A stretch of DNA of 64,000 nt from Nitrosopumilaceae archaeon (GCA_965208905.1 OZ242365.1:1248001-1312000); one strand, 5' to 3'; shown: positions 9,326 to 20,477, counted from the first letter of the stretch. Numbers and translations: made by a program. The notes: generated by a model from the letters alone, not told the origin.

Positions 9326-10627
9326 TTACTCTCTTTGAGCCTTTGTTGCTACCTCTATGAGGGTCTTCCACTTGTTTGTACCATCTATGATAATACCCGC
9401 GGCTTCAGCTGGAGTTTGACCATCTGCTAGTCCAAGGTGTGGGCGTACACAGTTATGATATATCTTCAAGCCACTTACTATGGGGGAGTCCTCGCGCTTG
9501 AGACCACGCGCTGCCTCCTCGCGATACCTGAGTGTATTACCATTGAATGATTCCATTTGGTTGTTGTGGTGGATGCCGTCAAACGCGACATCGTTTACAT
9601 GTTGGGTTTCTTTGTGTAGGAAGTTCTTGGACTTGTACTGTTTCTCCCATGCGTTGTGAAAGTTGGCCGCACCATCCGATATCAGAGTATCTGGAACTTT
9701 ACCTGCAATCTCCTTTGCATGTGCAAACATGGGCGCGACATCATCATTTCCTTTGTGTTCTGCAACCATCTTTGAAATCCAATACCTTGTACCAGAGTCC
9801 AGCATAGCGAATAGATATCTCTTCCTTCCCTTGACCTTCATGTGTAACTCATCAGTACGCCATGCCTCACTGAGCCGTGGGTGGACTGTATCGATATATG
9901 ACTCCATTAGTTCTGCATACGTAGAGCCCCAGTTCTGTATAGTCCTGTAGGTTATCTTTAGTCCCTTCTGCTTTAGATGGTTTGCCACCTTCCTAGATGA
10001 TAGTCCGGCAAAGTACATTCCTACTGCTGCGCAGACATCATCAGGCGTAGCGCGCTTCCTCTCGAATCCAAGGTTTTGGATGAATCGTTTCCCACATGTC
10101 TTGCATCCATACTGTTGCTTCTTGCCTCGTACACCCTTCTTGATGATGTGTATGGAGTCGCAGAACTTGCATCTGGTATGGTTATGTGGCTGTATTATAC
10201 GTCGTTCCCCATTATGCCACTGTACTGCCTGAATGTGCTTACATGTACTGCCCGTATGCATATGGTCTGGGCATGAACATATCCATCCATTGCCAAAGTC
10301 GCGTACTTCATAGGATTCATCCTTGCTTTGTGATTTCACTAAATAGTGGTCTGATGCGATACGTTCAACCTGTCCGGCGGCTTGATGTATCATCATACCG
10401 CGGTCAGCGCGTGCCTTCATTCCAAGCCGCTCTTCCAGCGCGTATGCGTGCTTACAATATTGTGTATTATCCGGACAGTTACAATCCCAGCCGGCCGTAG
10501 TACGGCATAGTGTATATTGTACATCTGGTGTGGTCTGTGAACAAACCTGATACGTAGACTCATCCATACGATACATCTGATGTTTCTTTTTTGTTATGTT
10601 TATTCCTCGTTGTTTTCTATAATTCAT
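9326..10627 (-). CDS. SWIM-Zn-finger / Zn-ribbon / HTH / IS6-like DDE transposase, copy 1 (433 aa)
   Basis: Start MNYRKQRG set by homology to copy 2 and the shared promoter. SWIM motifs CNCPD..CKH and CSCPDH..CKH; CKFC..CKTC; WRTDE, LISDG, NNQMESFN (DDE triad). Confidence 0.88.
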   Translation of the reverse strand: MNYRKQRGINITKKKHQMYRMDESTYQVCSQTTPDVQYTLCRTTAGWDCNCPDNTQYCKHAYALEERLGMKARADRGMMIHQAAGQVERIASDHYLVKSQSKDESYEVRDFGNGWICSCPDHMHTGSTCKHIQAVQWHNGERRIIQPHNHTRCKFCDSIHIIKKGVRGKKQQYGCKTCGKRFIQNLGFERKRATPDDVCAAVGMYFAGLSSRKVANHLKQKGLKITYRTIQNWGSTYAELMESYIDTVHPRLSEAWRTDELHMKVKGRKRYLFAMLDSGTRYWISKMVAEHKGNDDVAPMFAHAKEIAGKVPDTLISDGAANFHNAWEKQYKSKNFLHKETQHVNDVAFDGIHHNNQMESFNGNTLRYREEAARGLKREDSPIVSGLKIYHNCVRPHLGLADGQTPAEAAGIIIDGTNKWKTLIEVATKAQRE

Positions 10628-10662
10628 TTGTGTGGTAACGTATCGGTAGTATTTAAGGTGGT
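10628..10662 (-). promoter_or_regulatory. Promoter of transposase copy 1
   Basis: ACCACCTTAAATACTACCGATACGTTACCACACAA-ATG, 33/35 identical to 36470-36504; contains TTAAATA box. Confidence 0.75.
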
Positions 10663-10835
10663 AAAAGTCAATCTTAAGGTATGGAAGTACGCCTGTGAAA
10701 GTTGTGGCCATACACGGACTACGCAGAACGAAGTTTATTCCAGTATGGAAGTTAACATTCCGTACAGTTGCCAGATAGTTGGGACTAGATGACTGGAGGT
10801 TGCCAATCGATTGGTTTGACACTGCTTGAAATTAT

Positions 10836-11552
10836 TCAGTTTTTACACTCTACATACTTGGACATCTGTAAGCCGACAACAACAGATGTGAAAAAAATGA
10901 ATCCTGCTATACACCCAAACATCAAGGCCTGTGGTATGTTATTCAGACCTACACCAAACAGTGCTCCAAAATACGACATAACACCTGTAAATAACGAGCA
11001 ACCAAACAACTTAGTCCATTGCTTGGTAGGTAGTTGTAGTCTAAACATAGTATATGTCAAACAATGTGATCCGTTGTGTGATTTGGTAAGGTTATCCAAA
11101 TTCTTTTGTAGTTTGGCGCACATCTGTTCTGCATCATCTTGTAGTTTCATGTAGTTTGCCATGATGAATGGGTTTGGCTTACCGTTTGCCAACGCAGACA
11201 TGCCCAATGTGTCCTTCTTTAACAAATCAAGATATATGGAGAACGTCTCACTCGTCAACAAATTACCTGATTGCTCAAAGTGTTTACGCAGCCATTCGTA
11301 AGAGTCCAGCGTAAACCAGTGTGTATACTGCTTTATTCCAGTGGATGCAGGGTGTGCCTGCCACCTGTTGTTGCACTCCTTTAGGAATCGCCACAACGTG
11401 TCGTATGCCATCAACTGGTCTTGGATATGTTTTTGGCGCTCCTCACTCTTCTGTCTTCGTGTTTGGTCTAGGAATATCCACCTACTACCAAACACACCAA
11501 TTATACTTCCACCCAAGCCTGCTATAATTGGTATCAGAATGTCAAGAACCAT
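10836..11552 (-). CDS. Hypothetical membrane protein (paralog of 26425..26943)
   Basis: N-terminal TM; YEWLRKHFEQSGNLLTSETFSIY resembles IDWLRQHFHKNGHLLSAEIHEAY; two C-terminal TMs. Confidence 0.6.
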   Translation of the reverse strand: MVLDILIPIIAGLGGSIIGVFGSRWIFLDQTRRQKSEERQKHIQDQLMAYDTLWRFLKECNNRWQAHPASTGIKQYTHWFTLDSYEWLRKHFEQSGNLLTSETFSIYLDLLKKDTLGMSALANGKPNPFIMANYMKLQDDAEQMCAKLQKNLDNLTKSHNGSHCLTYTMFRLQLPTKQWTKLFGCSLFTGVMSYFGALFGVGLNNIPQALMFGCIAGFIFFTSVVVGLQMSKYVECKN

Positions 11553-11555
11553 TAA

Positions 11556-11823
11556 TCATATCCTCATACCCCTCCAATAAGAATTCTCGATCCGACTATT
11601 ATCAGACCTGAATGACTTCTTCCGATATAGTTTGTCGACCTTCATGTCGAGCTTGTGATGAGCCTTGAATAAATCTGGAGGCATTGTATTAGTATCATAT
11701 AGGTCTGCAAGAGTGGATTCCGGGCGTGCATTACGCGCGTCTAATACTACCTGCGCATATGATTCCAACACATCCAATGGTTTGTCCGGGATGGGGAATG
11801 TGTTATAAACCATGCCTCCCACA
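11556..11823 (-). pseudogene. C-terminal remnant of an MmeI-like type IIL restriction-modification enzyme
   Basis: VYNTFP...AQVVLDAR...STLADLYDTNTMPPDLFKAHHKLD..VDKLY is the MmeI C-terminal pattern; the 5' part is cut off exactly at end copy L3. Confidence 0.8.
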
Positions 11824-11965
11824 TGAACTGTCCCATTAATGGCGCCTGTCCCAAAATAGCGCTTGGAGTGGAAGTGGTGGTCCTGTACGATCAGGAGTGT
11901 GGAGTGGAAATGAAGTTTGTTTTAGCGGGGTAGAAATAGCGGTCTTCACACGTTTCCACTCCACT
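11824..11965 (+). repeat. Internal left-end copy L3 with motif module
   Basis: 38/41 to TIR; motifs at 11865, 11901, 11927; inverted TTTCCACTCC at 11953. Confidence 0.9.
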
Positions 11966-12011
11966 CAAATAGACTGGTTGTACACCTACTGATGTGTGAT
12001 TGGCATCCTCT

Positions 12012-14530
12012 TTACTTAACCGGGAGCATGTCGATTGCATTCGCGGAAGATCCGTCTGTCAGTCCGGTTTTGTGTTCCTTATCTATTTCATCATCAAACA
12101 CAATCTTAAAGTCGCCCTTCAAGACACCGCCTATTACCTTCAGGTTGCCAGCGTTAAGTGTCTCACCAAGCAATCCCAATACCTTCTCCTTGTATGCAGT
12201 ATCGGGGTTTTCAAGATGCCGTCCCTTGGTTTCGTATATGCGTAATTCTCTCTCATCCTTTCTGCTGAATACGGCAACGAAATCAGGGTATATTTTGTGC
12301 TCCTGCCAGCCGCGCAGATAGTACTCGCCGCGCCCTTTGGCGGCCACCCTGTGCCACCACTCTATTGCTTTGGCATCATCCAGATAGCATGCAAACTGAC
12401 GTTCCGTATTAGTGCCAAAGTCCTCCTTATATACGGGTTCAAACAGACTCCTCTGTACCGGCTTCCCTCTCTTCTTTTCCAATAGACGACCATCATCACG
12501 CAAGGCCTTATACTCGCCCCTCATTTCGAATACACCCATTGGTGCATGCATGTCAAACCGGATGGTCTTACTTTTTAGTTTTGCTTTGAACACTCCCTCG
12601 GCCTTCTCAATGACTTGGGTCTTCAAACCTTCAAGCAGCATATCCTGCAACTCTGCTTCATTTGAGAGAATCTCACCCTCGGACATTCCGGTATCGTTCC
12701 AGAACGACTGTACTATCCTTGCAGCCTGCCATGCGTTGGGAACCAAATCATCGACTATTGATACCCATTCGGCCAGATTTGGTCTATCTGGAATAACACC
12801 ATCTTCATGTACATAGTCCCATCCACCATCTACCGTACCGATTTTGACTGTGTCTGATATAGGTTTTGAATTCCCCCCAACGGTATCCACCTGAACTGTT
12901 ATGTCGTTCCAGTCTATACTGTGCAGTATGTGCTTGTCATAGTCAATATCAATCCATTTTTTACTGTCCTTATGAAGTACTGTTGGAAGGCGTATCTTCA
13001 GTTTTTCAAATTTGGAACGTCGTTTGTTGATTGGCCTGTCCGCTTCCTGCCCACTGTTGGTGTGACGTATTGGTACTTCTGTAAGACCCTCATTATCGAG
13101 TTGTTTCTGTATCCACTCGATCAGTTTTTTGATGTCATCATACATACAAGTCACATAACAACTGTCCAGAGACTCATTACCAGTAAATTCCGTGTACGGT
13201 TGGCGCAATATGCGGCCAAGCAGTTGCGTAAGAGATGTCGGACTCTTTATGTTGTCCAGAATCACCAACATGTATGCGAACGGACAGTCCCAACCCTCCT
13301 TGAGTGCATCTTTGGTTATTATGTACTGTATTACTGTGTCACAACTCATCAAATCTTTGTCACGTAGGTCGTCATCTTCCGATGTCTTTATCGCAACCTG
13401 TTCTGGCGGTATGCCAAGTTCGCGTATGAGATAGTCTTTTACGTCATAAGCGTGTATGTTTGCACCGTCATGCTGTTTCTCACTGGTACGTTCCACACGT
13501 ATTACCATTATAGGCCTGATGTATCGGTACCCCCGAGCTGCAACATCCAATTTTCGTAGTTTGACAACCGACTGCCTGAGCGTACCCTGCCAGTTTAAGT
13601 TGCTGGTTGTCACCTGAATCTGTTTCTTGATCATTGCTTCGTTTTGCAGATCCATCCCGCTGACTACACACAGTATGTTGCTCTTCTCTAGATTCGGCGT
13701 TGCAGACAATTCAATTACCAGTCTTGGTCCCAATCTGTTGACTTGTTCCGCCCACTTGCCAAAGTTTCTAGCGGATGCCTTGTGTGATTCATCTAGTATT
13801 ATTACAGGTTGTATGATACGGAGTACGTTCATCAGACTTTTGCGCGGTATGTCTGTACCATTGATCATGTCCAGCCCTGGATTGTCCCTCTTTAATTTGG
13901 AGATCTTGTCATTCTCATCGGCATCCGGAAAGAACTCACATACATTCTCATTGTCGCGGGTCATTCTTAAAAAATCATTACTAATCCGATTGGTAGCCTG
14001 TAGCGTCAAGGGCATTATACAGAGGTTGTCGCGCAGCACGTTCTTCGCAATTCTATCATCCTTTGTCACTATCTCCACCCTATTACCACTGATAATGTCA
14101 AGCAGTTGTCGTATCGGATGTGTCTTGTCCTTGAGTATGGTTATAGTCTGTTCTTTTATGGTCGTACTAGGTACCATCCACAGTACCAAACCCCGGCTGC
14201 TTCCAATCCTTTTCAGTATGGCGGCGGCCATTCTGGTCTTGCCACCACCGGTCGGGACCTGTATGCACACATGTGGTATAGGCCTACCACCCGGGCCCTT
14301 GCGGTCATGCCATTCTATAGGGGCATTTCCATGAAAATCTCGCCACACACGGGCTAAATTGATTTCTGAGTCATTGCGCATGTGTTTAATCTGATCTTCA
14401 TCAACCCAATCTGTTCCATTTTATGGATAGTGGCTTTTCTATCAGCGACCTGCTTATATTCTTCCTTCAACATGCTGTACCATCGCTCAAACTCTTCAAC
14501 TACCTCTAGTTGATACTCCTTGAGCGGCAT
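12012..14530 (-). pseudogene. res: Type III restriction subunit Res 1, with a 1-nt frameshift near the 5' end
   Basis: QVPTGGGKT, DESH, EGWDCP, PDF..YETKG. ATG 14530 overlaps the mod stop (MPLKEYQLEV...) but is out of frame with 12012..14381; one extra A in the run at 14419-14422 fuses them. Confidence 0.75.
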
Positions 14531-16305
14531 CACACACTGCCCCCCGATATGGTATCTGGCAACCTACAGAAGTCTATATTGAGTTTGGACAGTTCGCGCT
14601 GACTCATCTCTTTGTCCGCCGCGAATACTACTGCGTGCCGTTTCTTGGCGCATATATTGTTGGCCGCTGTGGCAGTAAGAGTCGATTCTGCACTCTGTAA
14701 GTATTTGATATCGGGTTTGTACTTCAAATAATAATCTGTGTCTTTACTGGACCAGAACAACCAATCGCGCCTTGGTGATAGTGGTTTCGTAGTCGCGGTC
14801 CCGGCCGCCACGTACAGTAGGTGGGATGCAAGTGTAGGATAGTCTGGAAGGGATTTGCCAGTTAACATCTCCTCTACATCCAGGGGGTTGCCAAGCGTGC
14901 AGTACGTGAAAGAACCGCCAGTACCTTCCTGTAATAACTTGCTTTTGGATTCCGGTATGCCTTTGATAACACATCGAACACGCTCGGTAGTTACCGTATC
15001 AACATATTTGTCCTCACATTCTACCAAGATGAACTTGCGATTACCGCCATCTTGTTTGTTTAAATCAAGAACCACATGGGCAGTGGTACCGGAGCCGGCG
15101 AAGGAGTCAAGAACTATGGCATCCTTACTGGTCGCTGTTCTTATCAACCTCTTGACAAATTCAGATGGCTTGGGTGTCGGAAAAATAAACTTGATTTCAC
15201 GCGTCCCCTTTATACCAAATATGTCTCCCAACTCGGTCGTGGCATCATTGTTGTAAATTCCCTCCATGACACTGGGATTGACAAACATTGTTTTCAGGAA
15301 CAGGTCTACTTGCGAATCCGTGGCTTTTCCCCGTATCTCGGTGACAATCCGTCGTATCTTTACACCGTACTGTTTTTTCAGATCGTCAAGCACTATATCT
15401 GATGCTTCGTCAATAATGGTGGGAAACATGACCTGCCCCTTCCCCTCCTTCTCATAGTACTTCACGTAGACGGCATATTTGCCGGTTTTTAGCTTTTTGA
15501 AAAATACCTTGCCCCCTTTTTTCCATTCTTCAAACTTTTCTTGACCGGCAATCCATTGCATTGTCACCGTCTTGCCGTCAGGCAACGTTATGGGGTATAC
15601 CAGTGTCTTCCTAGAATCTAAGTTGGACTTGAATGGTCGATCATAATAGCGGCCCAACTCCGAGAAATTTTCGTCCTTTTTGGTAAACTTCCTACCCTCA
15701 CTTTCCGGCCTCTCTATCATAAACTTGTCAACTTCTTTCCTGTTCCCGTATACAAGGACATATTCGTGAAGATCAACAAAGTGGCCAGAATGCTTTCCAC
15801 CCGTATACTTTTTTTTCCAAACCAACTGCGCGATAAAGTTAGAATCTCCAAAAATCTCGTCCATTATCATACGCAGTCGGTGCTGTTCATTGTCGTCTAT
15901 GGACACAAAAATCACACCATCATCCGCCAACAACTCTTTTAGCAACTGCAGTCGCGGCCACATCATGCAACACCACTTGTCGTGCCGTTCCAGATCCTCC
16001 GAATCTACTGTCTTCCTAAGCCATTGCTTGATTGCAGGACTGTTTACGTTGTAGTTGTAGACCCACCCCTCGTTGCCGGTGTTGTACGGCGGATCGATGT
16101 AGATACAGTTAACCATACCACCATACTTTGGTAGTAGTGCTTTGAGTGCGTCTAGATTGTCTCCATGTATTATCAGGTTGTCATCAAGTGGGTTGTCCTT
16201 GTCGTGTTTGAATGACTTTTTTTGGTCCGGCTTGAGCGGCCTAGGTGACACCTGTAGATGGTGTGATGCGACGACCTCCTTGTAGGCAAACTGAAGGCTG
16301 GTCAA
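14530..16305 (-). CDS. mod: Type III modification methyltransferase Mod 1
   Basis: IIHGDNL, IYIDPPYNTG, IFVSIDDNE, FPTPKP, DSFAGSGTT. Confidence 0.92.
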   Translation of the reverse strand: MTSLQFAYKEVVASHHLQVSPRPLKPDQKKSFKHDKDNPLDDNLIIHGDNLDALKALLPKYGGMVNCIYIDPPYNTGNEGWVYNYNVNSPAIKQWLRKTVDSEDLERHDKWCCMMWPRLQLLKELLADDGVIFVSIDDNEQHRLRMIMDEIFGDSNFIAQLVWKKKYTGGKHSGHFVDLHEYVLVYGNRKEVDKFMIERPESEGRKFTKKDENFSELGRYYDRPFKSNLDSRKTLVYPITLPDGKTVTMQWIAGQEKFEEWKKGGKVFFKKLKTGKYAVYVKYYEKEGKGQVMFPTIIDEASDIVLDDLKKQYGVKIRRIVTEIRGKATDSQVDLFLKTMFVNPSVMEGIYNNDATTELGDIFGIKGTREIKFIFPTPKPSEFVKRLIRTATSKDAIVLDSFAGSGTTAHVVLDLNKQDGGNRKFILVECEDKYVDTVTTERVRCVIKGIPESKSKLLQEGTGGSFTYCTLGNPLDVEEMLTGKSLPDYPTLASHLLYVAAGTATTKPLSPRRDWLFWSSKDTDYYLKYKPDIKYLQSAESTLTATAANNICAKKRHAVVFAADKEMSQRELSKLNIDFCRLPDTISGGSV

Positions 16306-16419
16306 AGAGGTAGTCTCCCGGCATGTCTAATACACTCCTCTGCGCGGATGGCCCCTTTTCGAAACCATGAAATTGTGGTGGAGATCCATTGGATCGATGG
16401 CCCCAGACTTGTAGATCTA

Positions 16420-16472
16420 GCGTAGCGACCACATCGTCGCGTAGCGACCACATCGTCGCGTAGCGACCACAT
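16420..16472 (-). repeat. 19-bp tandem repeat (~2.8 copies) upstream of mod 1
   Basis: Top-strand unit GCGTAGCGACCACATCGTC. Confidence 0.9.
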
Positions 16473-16827
16473 ACACACGCTACGATCAGACAGCATACTG
16501 TATGATTTACTATTCATCGAATAGGACATCTGAAGTGTGTGGACACCACAATTCTTCATACAGAAGTATCGTAAGTGGTGTCGTATAAACATTGAACATC
16601 TCAGTTCACCTAGAGTTGGACCATCAAGATATGTGGGGGTGAGTCTGTGTGCCAAAAAGAACAACAACTCCGGGTCAGCAATTATACAGTCTCGGTAGGT
16701 CAGCAGGATCATACAGCCATTCTTGAGAAGATCCGTAGGTGACGCGTGTTACACTATACAACAGGTGACGTAGATGTTACAGCCCCTTCATCTCAACACA
16801 CCTTTATAAAACAATTTATTCAAAACA

Positions 16828-18900
16828 GTGTTGAGCTCTACAGTATTTGTCTTAATAGCGGCACTGATATTGGGCTCAACGAGTCTGGTGTATGGCCAGA
16901 GTACAGACCTAGTAGTACTATACACATCTCAAGGCCCACTAGTTATAGAATTTTTCCCTGAAGATGCGCCAAATCATGTAGCAAATTTTATTGAACTATC
17001 TCGTAGCGGCTTTTATGACAACACCGCATTTCATCGCATCATATCTGGCTTTATGATACAGGGTGGAGATCCGCACACAAAGCCCGATTCCGGAGTCGGA
17101 CAAGACCGGTGGGGTATGGGCGGACCCGGTACCACTATAGATGCAGAGTTTAATGATATAATGCACAATCGTGGCATAGTATCCATGGCCCGCTCCAGTG
17201 ACCCAAATAGTGCAGGTTCACAGTTCTTTATAGTACATCAGGACTCTAACTTTTTAGATGCATCATATACGGTCTTTGGTCGTTTAGCTACTGCTGAGAG
17301 TTATGAAACATTGGATGCCATAGCTGGTATAGAGGTGGATGTCATAGACCGTCCCGTATCGCCAGACTTGGTTCGAATATTTTTTGCACAAGTATTAACT
17401 CGTGATCAGGTTGTAAACGTGCAAGACATGGACCCGTCCATGCGAATACAATCAGGTTTTGAGGAATCCTCGTCCGGTGAAGAGTACACAAGTGAGGTAT
17501 ACAACTTTTCCATTAAATTTCCTGAAGGGTGGGTAGTACAAAATATCGATAGTGAAGGCGGACCAAACCTAGCAGCAGTAAGTTCTAGTGATGCTCCGAT
17601 ACCTCCAAGTATCGCTGTATACATCGAAGAGGCTAATGGTCATACAATAGATACTGTTCGGGAGAGCAAACTCGCAGATGTAGAGGCAATGGGGGACAGT
17701 CTTCAGATTGTAAATCATGAGCTGACGACCATAAACAACTTTGATATTTTTGTATTAGATGCCACTGGTATATTTGATATAGGTACTGGGCCTTTTGATA
17801 TTGGATATAGTGAAGTGACTATAGTATCATCAGGTAAAATCTATACTTTGCTGTTCAGTGCAACATTGAGGGATTATGACTCGGGTGTACGATTATTTTC
17901 TGAATCATTGGAATCCTTTGATATCTTGGAACGCAGTGATCATACAGTAGATGATTATACAGTACCTGACTTTGTACGGATATCTCAGTTTTTCTTTCTG
18001 GGACTGAATGTAAACAGTGATCTAAGAGAACAGTTTGGAGGAGTCAGTATTTATTCTGTGGCCAGTGGCAGTATGGTTCCAGTTCTTGATGTTGGTGACT
18101 TGATCGTATCATCACCACTTGAAACATTTGAAGATGTGGCCGTTGGCGATATTATAGTGTTCAATCGTCCTTCGGATCATGACCGTGTCATAGTACACCG
18201 TGTTGATTCGGTCTTAAATGACAACCCATATACACTGCGTGCCAAGGGGGATGCCAACCCTGCGTCAATCCCAGGAACTGACTCTCCTATCACTGAAGAT
18301 GAATACATTGGCAATGTCGTCAAGATATTAGAATATCATCAAAGTATTGATACTGGAGATAATCCAGTTCTGGGAAGTGTAAGCACTCCAGTTGAAATAA
18401 TCATGTTTACTAATTTCCAGTGTCTTGAATGTAAACAATTCCATGATGATGTTTTACCATTACTTGAGACACGATACGTAGATTCAGGTTTAGCCCATGT
18501 TGTGTACAGGGACTTTTTAGACAACCATCCAAACGTAATTACGGCGGCAGTAGCATCACATTGTGCTCATGAGCAGGGAGCCTATTGGAATTATAGTGAT
18601 AGACTTTTTGAGCGTATGAGTTCATGGAGAAGTTTAGATTCTGTAGTGCAAACATTCCAAGCATATGCTACTGGTTTAGGACTTGATAGTAGTGCATTTA
18701 GCCAATGTCTTAGAACTGGCACATACACATCTGAAGTAGTAGGTGATCATGCAGAGGGTATCTCATATGGTATACATGAACCTGGGGTACTGTTTGTTGG
18801 GAGTGAAAGTACTGGGTACTATGAACTGTCAGGTGATACCTCTTATGAAGTGATTCGTAATGTGGTAGATGCGGTGTTGTTCGCCAACCTAGTACCTTAG
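16828..18900 (+). CDS. Secreted fusion: cyclophilin PPIase, PsbP-like domain, S26 signal-peptidase-like domain and DsbA thioredoxin
   Basis: Signal peptide; FHRIISGFMIQGGDP and SAGSQFFI; FSIKFPEGWVV; VASGSMVP..GDLI..IVHRV..KGDAN; FQCLECKQF. Confidence 0.82.
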   Translation: MLSSTVFVLIAALILGSTSLVYGQSTDLVVLYTSQGPLVIEFFPEDAPNHVANFIELSRSGFYDNTAFHRIISGFMIQGGDPHTKPDSGVGQDRWGMGGPGTTIDAEFNDIMHNRGIVSMARSSDPNSAGSQFFIVHQDSNFLDASYTVFGRLATAESYETLDAIAGIEVDVIDRPVSPDLVRIFFAQVLTRDQVVNVQDMDPSMRIQSGFEESSSGEEYTSEVYNFSIKFPEGWVVQNIDSEGGPNLAAVSSSDAPIPPSIAVYIEEANGHTIDTVRESKLADVEAMGDSLQIVNHELTTINNFDIFVLDATGIFDIGTGPFDIGYSEVTIVSSGKIYTLLFSATLRDYDSGVRLFSESLESFDILERSDHTVDDYTVPDFVRISQFFFLGLNVNSDLREQFGGVSIYSVASGSMVPVLDVGDLIVSSPLETFEDVAVGDIIVFNRPSDHDRVIVHRVDSVLNDNPYTLRAKGDANPASIPGTDSPITEDEYIGNVVKILEYHQSIDTGDNPVLGSVSTPVEIIMFTNFQCLECKQFHDDVLPLLETRYVDSGLAHVVYRDFLDNHPNVITAAVASHCAHEQGAYWNYSDRLFERMSSWRSLDSVVQTFQAYATGLGLDSSAFSQCLRTGTYTSEVVGDHAEGISYGIHEPGVLFVGSESTGYYELSGDTSYEVIRNVVDAVLFANLVP

Positions 18901-19359
18901 GATGAGTAATTCGGTATTATTTGGGGTGTGTAACTGCATCCACAAGCTTCTTAATATTGGATGCAAATCCATATGGCAGCCCAGCAAATGCAGCAACTAC
19001 GGCTGGCCAGAAATATACGGGTGTATCATGGAGAAGGTATCAACTATATACGAAACTGTCAAAAAAGTTGCCGGGTGGAAATCGACGTATATGTTAATGG
19101 GACAGGGGGTTGTCGTATACTTATAAACACTGCAGAAAACCAACATACCGTGAACAAACTAACAACAATGATACTAATCGTAGCACTAGTACCAGTCATA
19201 ACAGCGTATGGTGTTCATGTAGACAACAACATATGGATGGAAACGGCGGAAGGAAGTTTTACGCCGCATATAATAAAACCAGATCGATACACCGGCATTG
19301 ATTGGAGTGGACCCCATAGAATGTTACTGTTTTCGGCATGATTTTACATACATCTTCCA

Positions 19360-20220
19360 TCATTTATTTGTCATCTCCAACTGTTCGGCAAATTCTACTG
19401 GTGTCATGTATCCGATAGAGGAATGAATCCTCTCGGTGTTGTAATCTACAAAGGCCTTTGCAATGATCGTCTCTGCCTCCTGATAGTTCGCAAACTCGTG
19501 CGGCCAGATGTATTCCTTTTTCAGCGTCTTGTGAAATGATTCGACATGTCCGTTCTGCTCCGGCGTATTCTTGTAGATGAATTCATGTTTGCCGATGCCA
19601 AGGGCCTGGACCGCATGTCTAAAGTCGTGGCTTGTATACTGGTTGCCGTTGTCCGTACGCAATCGTAATTGTGAGCAGTCAGGTTTCTCTGCGGCAACCG
19701 CGTTGGTGATTGAGGTGATTGCAATGTCTCGTGTGGCATTGACATCAAACGCGTAGGCGATCCACTTGCGCGTAAAGCAGTCAATTACGTTGAAGCAGTA
19801 GCACCAGCCGTCTATACCGCACCAGATGTATGTGATGTCCGTCTCCCACAACTGGTGTGGGGCTTTGGGTTTGAAGAGCTTTTGACCCGCTCGAATGATG
19901 TCGTTTTTGGTATTTTGTGGCTGGATGTAGCCCATTTTGCGATATATCCGCTGTATCTGCTTGCGGTTCACCACAATTCCCGTATCGCGCGTTATCTGGG
20001 CCGCCATGCGCCGTGTGCCGTACGTGGGCCTCTTTCTGCTCGTATCTAGCACAGTGCTCAATATATCCGGATTCAATCCCATGTCTCTGGGCTTGGGTTT
20101 GTAGTACCATTGGCGCCTGGATACGCCCGCATACCCTAGCGACTTGCGCAGGCTCAAATGTTGTTCCTGCATGATTTTTACCGCGTTCAATCGTTGCTTG
20201 CCTCCAAGGTTTTTTTTAAA
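19360..20220 (-). CDS. IS3 OrfB integrase (DDE), expressed by -1 frameshift from OrfA
   Basis: PTYGTRRM, WETDITYI, LRTDNG, PEQNGHVESFH; slippery TTTAAAAAAAAC on the minus strand at ~20209-20220. Confidence 0.88.
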   Translation of the reverse strand, partial: FKKNLGGKQRLNAVKIMQEQHLSLRKSLGYAGVSRRQWYYKPKPRDMGLNPDILSTVLDTSRKRPTYGTRRMAAQITRDTGIVVNRKQIQRIYRKMGYIQPQNTKNDIIRAGQKLFKPKAPHQLWETDITYIWCGIDGWCYCFNVIDCFTRKWIAYAFDVNATRDIAITSITNAVAAEKPDCSQLRLRTDNGNQYTSHDFRHAVQALGIGKHEFIYKNTPEQNGHVESFHKTLKKEYIWPHEFANYQEAETIIAKAFVDYNTERIHSSIGYMTPVEFAEQLEMTNK

Positions 20221-20477
20221 GCGTCGTTTGCGATTGTCAGATCCCCTATGATTCGCTTTAGGTCGCCGTTCTCCTTTTTGATGGCCTTTATCGGATCCTT
20301 CTTTCCGTGATGGGTCAGTCCGGACTTGCCTGCGTCCATGAACTTTTGCCGCCAGGCTTGAAACGTTTGGGGATGAACGTTGTGCTTGCGGCACAGCTCG
20401 GCCGTGCCAATATTGGTCTTGATTGATTCCAAAACGATCTGGATCTTTTGGTCTGGAGTAAACTTTGTTCTTACCAT
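20187..20477 (-). CDS. IS3 OrfA (HTH)
   Basis: MVRTKFTPDQKIQIVLE...AELCRKHNV...W..KF...LKRIIGDLTIANDALKK. Confidence 0.88.
   Translation of the reverse strand: MVRTKFTPDQKIQIVLESIKTNIGTAELCRKHNVHPQTFQAWRQKFMDAGKSGLTHHGKKDPIKAIKKENGDLKRIIGDLTIANDALKKTLEASND

Noticed and set aside
10628-10822. 65-aa N-terminal extension of transposase copy 1
   Set aside because: Homology with copy 2 and the shared promoter place the start at 10627.
16420-16472. Possible mini-CRISPR arrays (also 30713-30767)
   Set aside because: Units are head-to-tail with no spacers, and no cas genes are present.
19303-19311. TGGAGTGGA resembling the island motif
   Set aside because: It is the IS3 terminal repeat, lacks the following AA and has no companion motifs.
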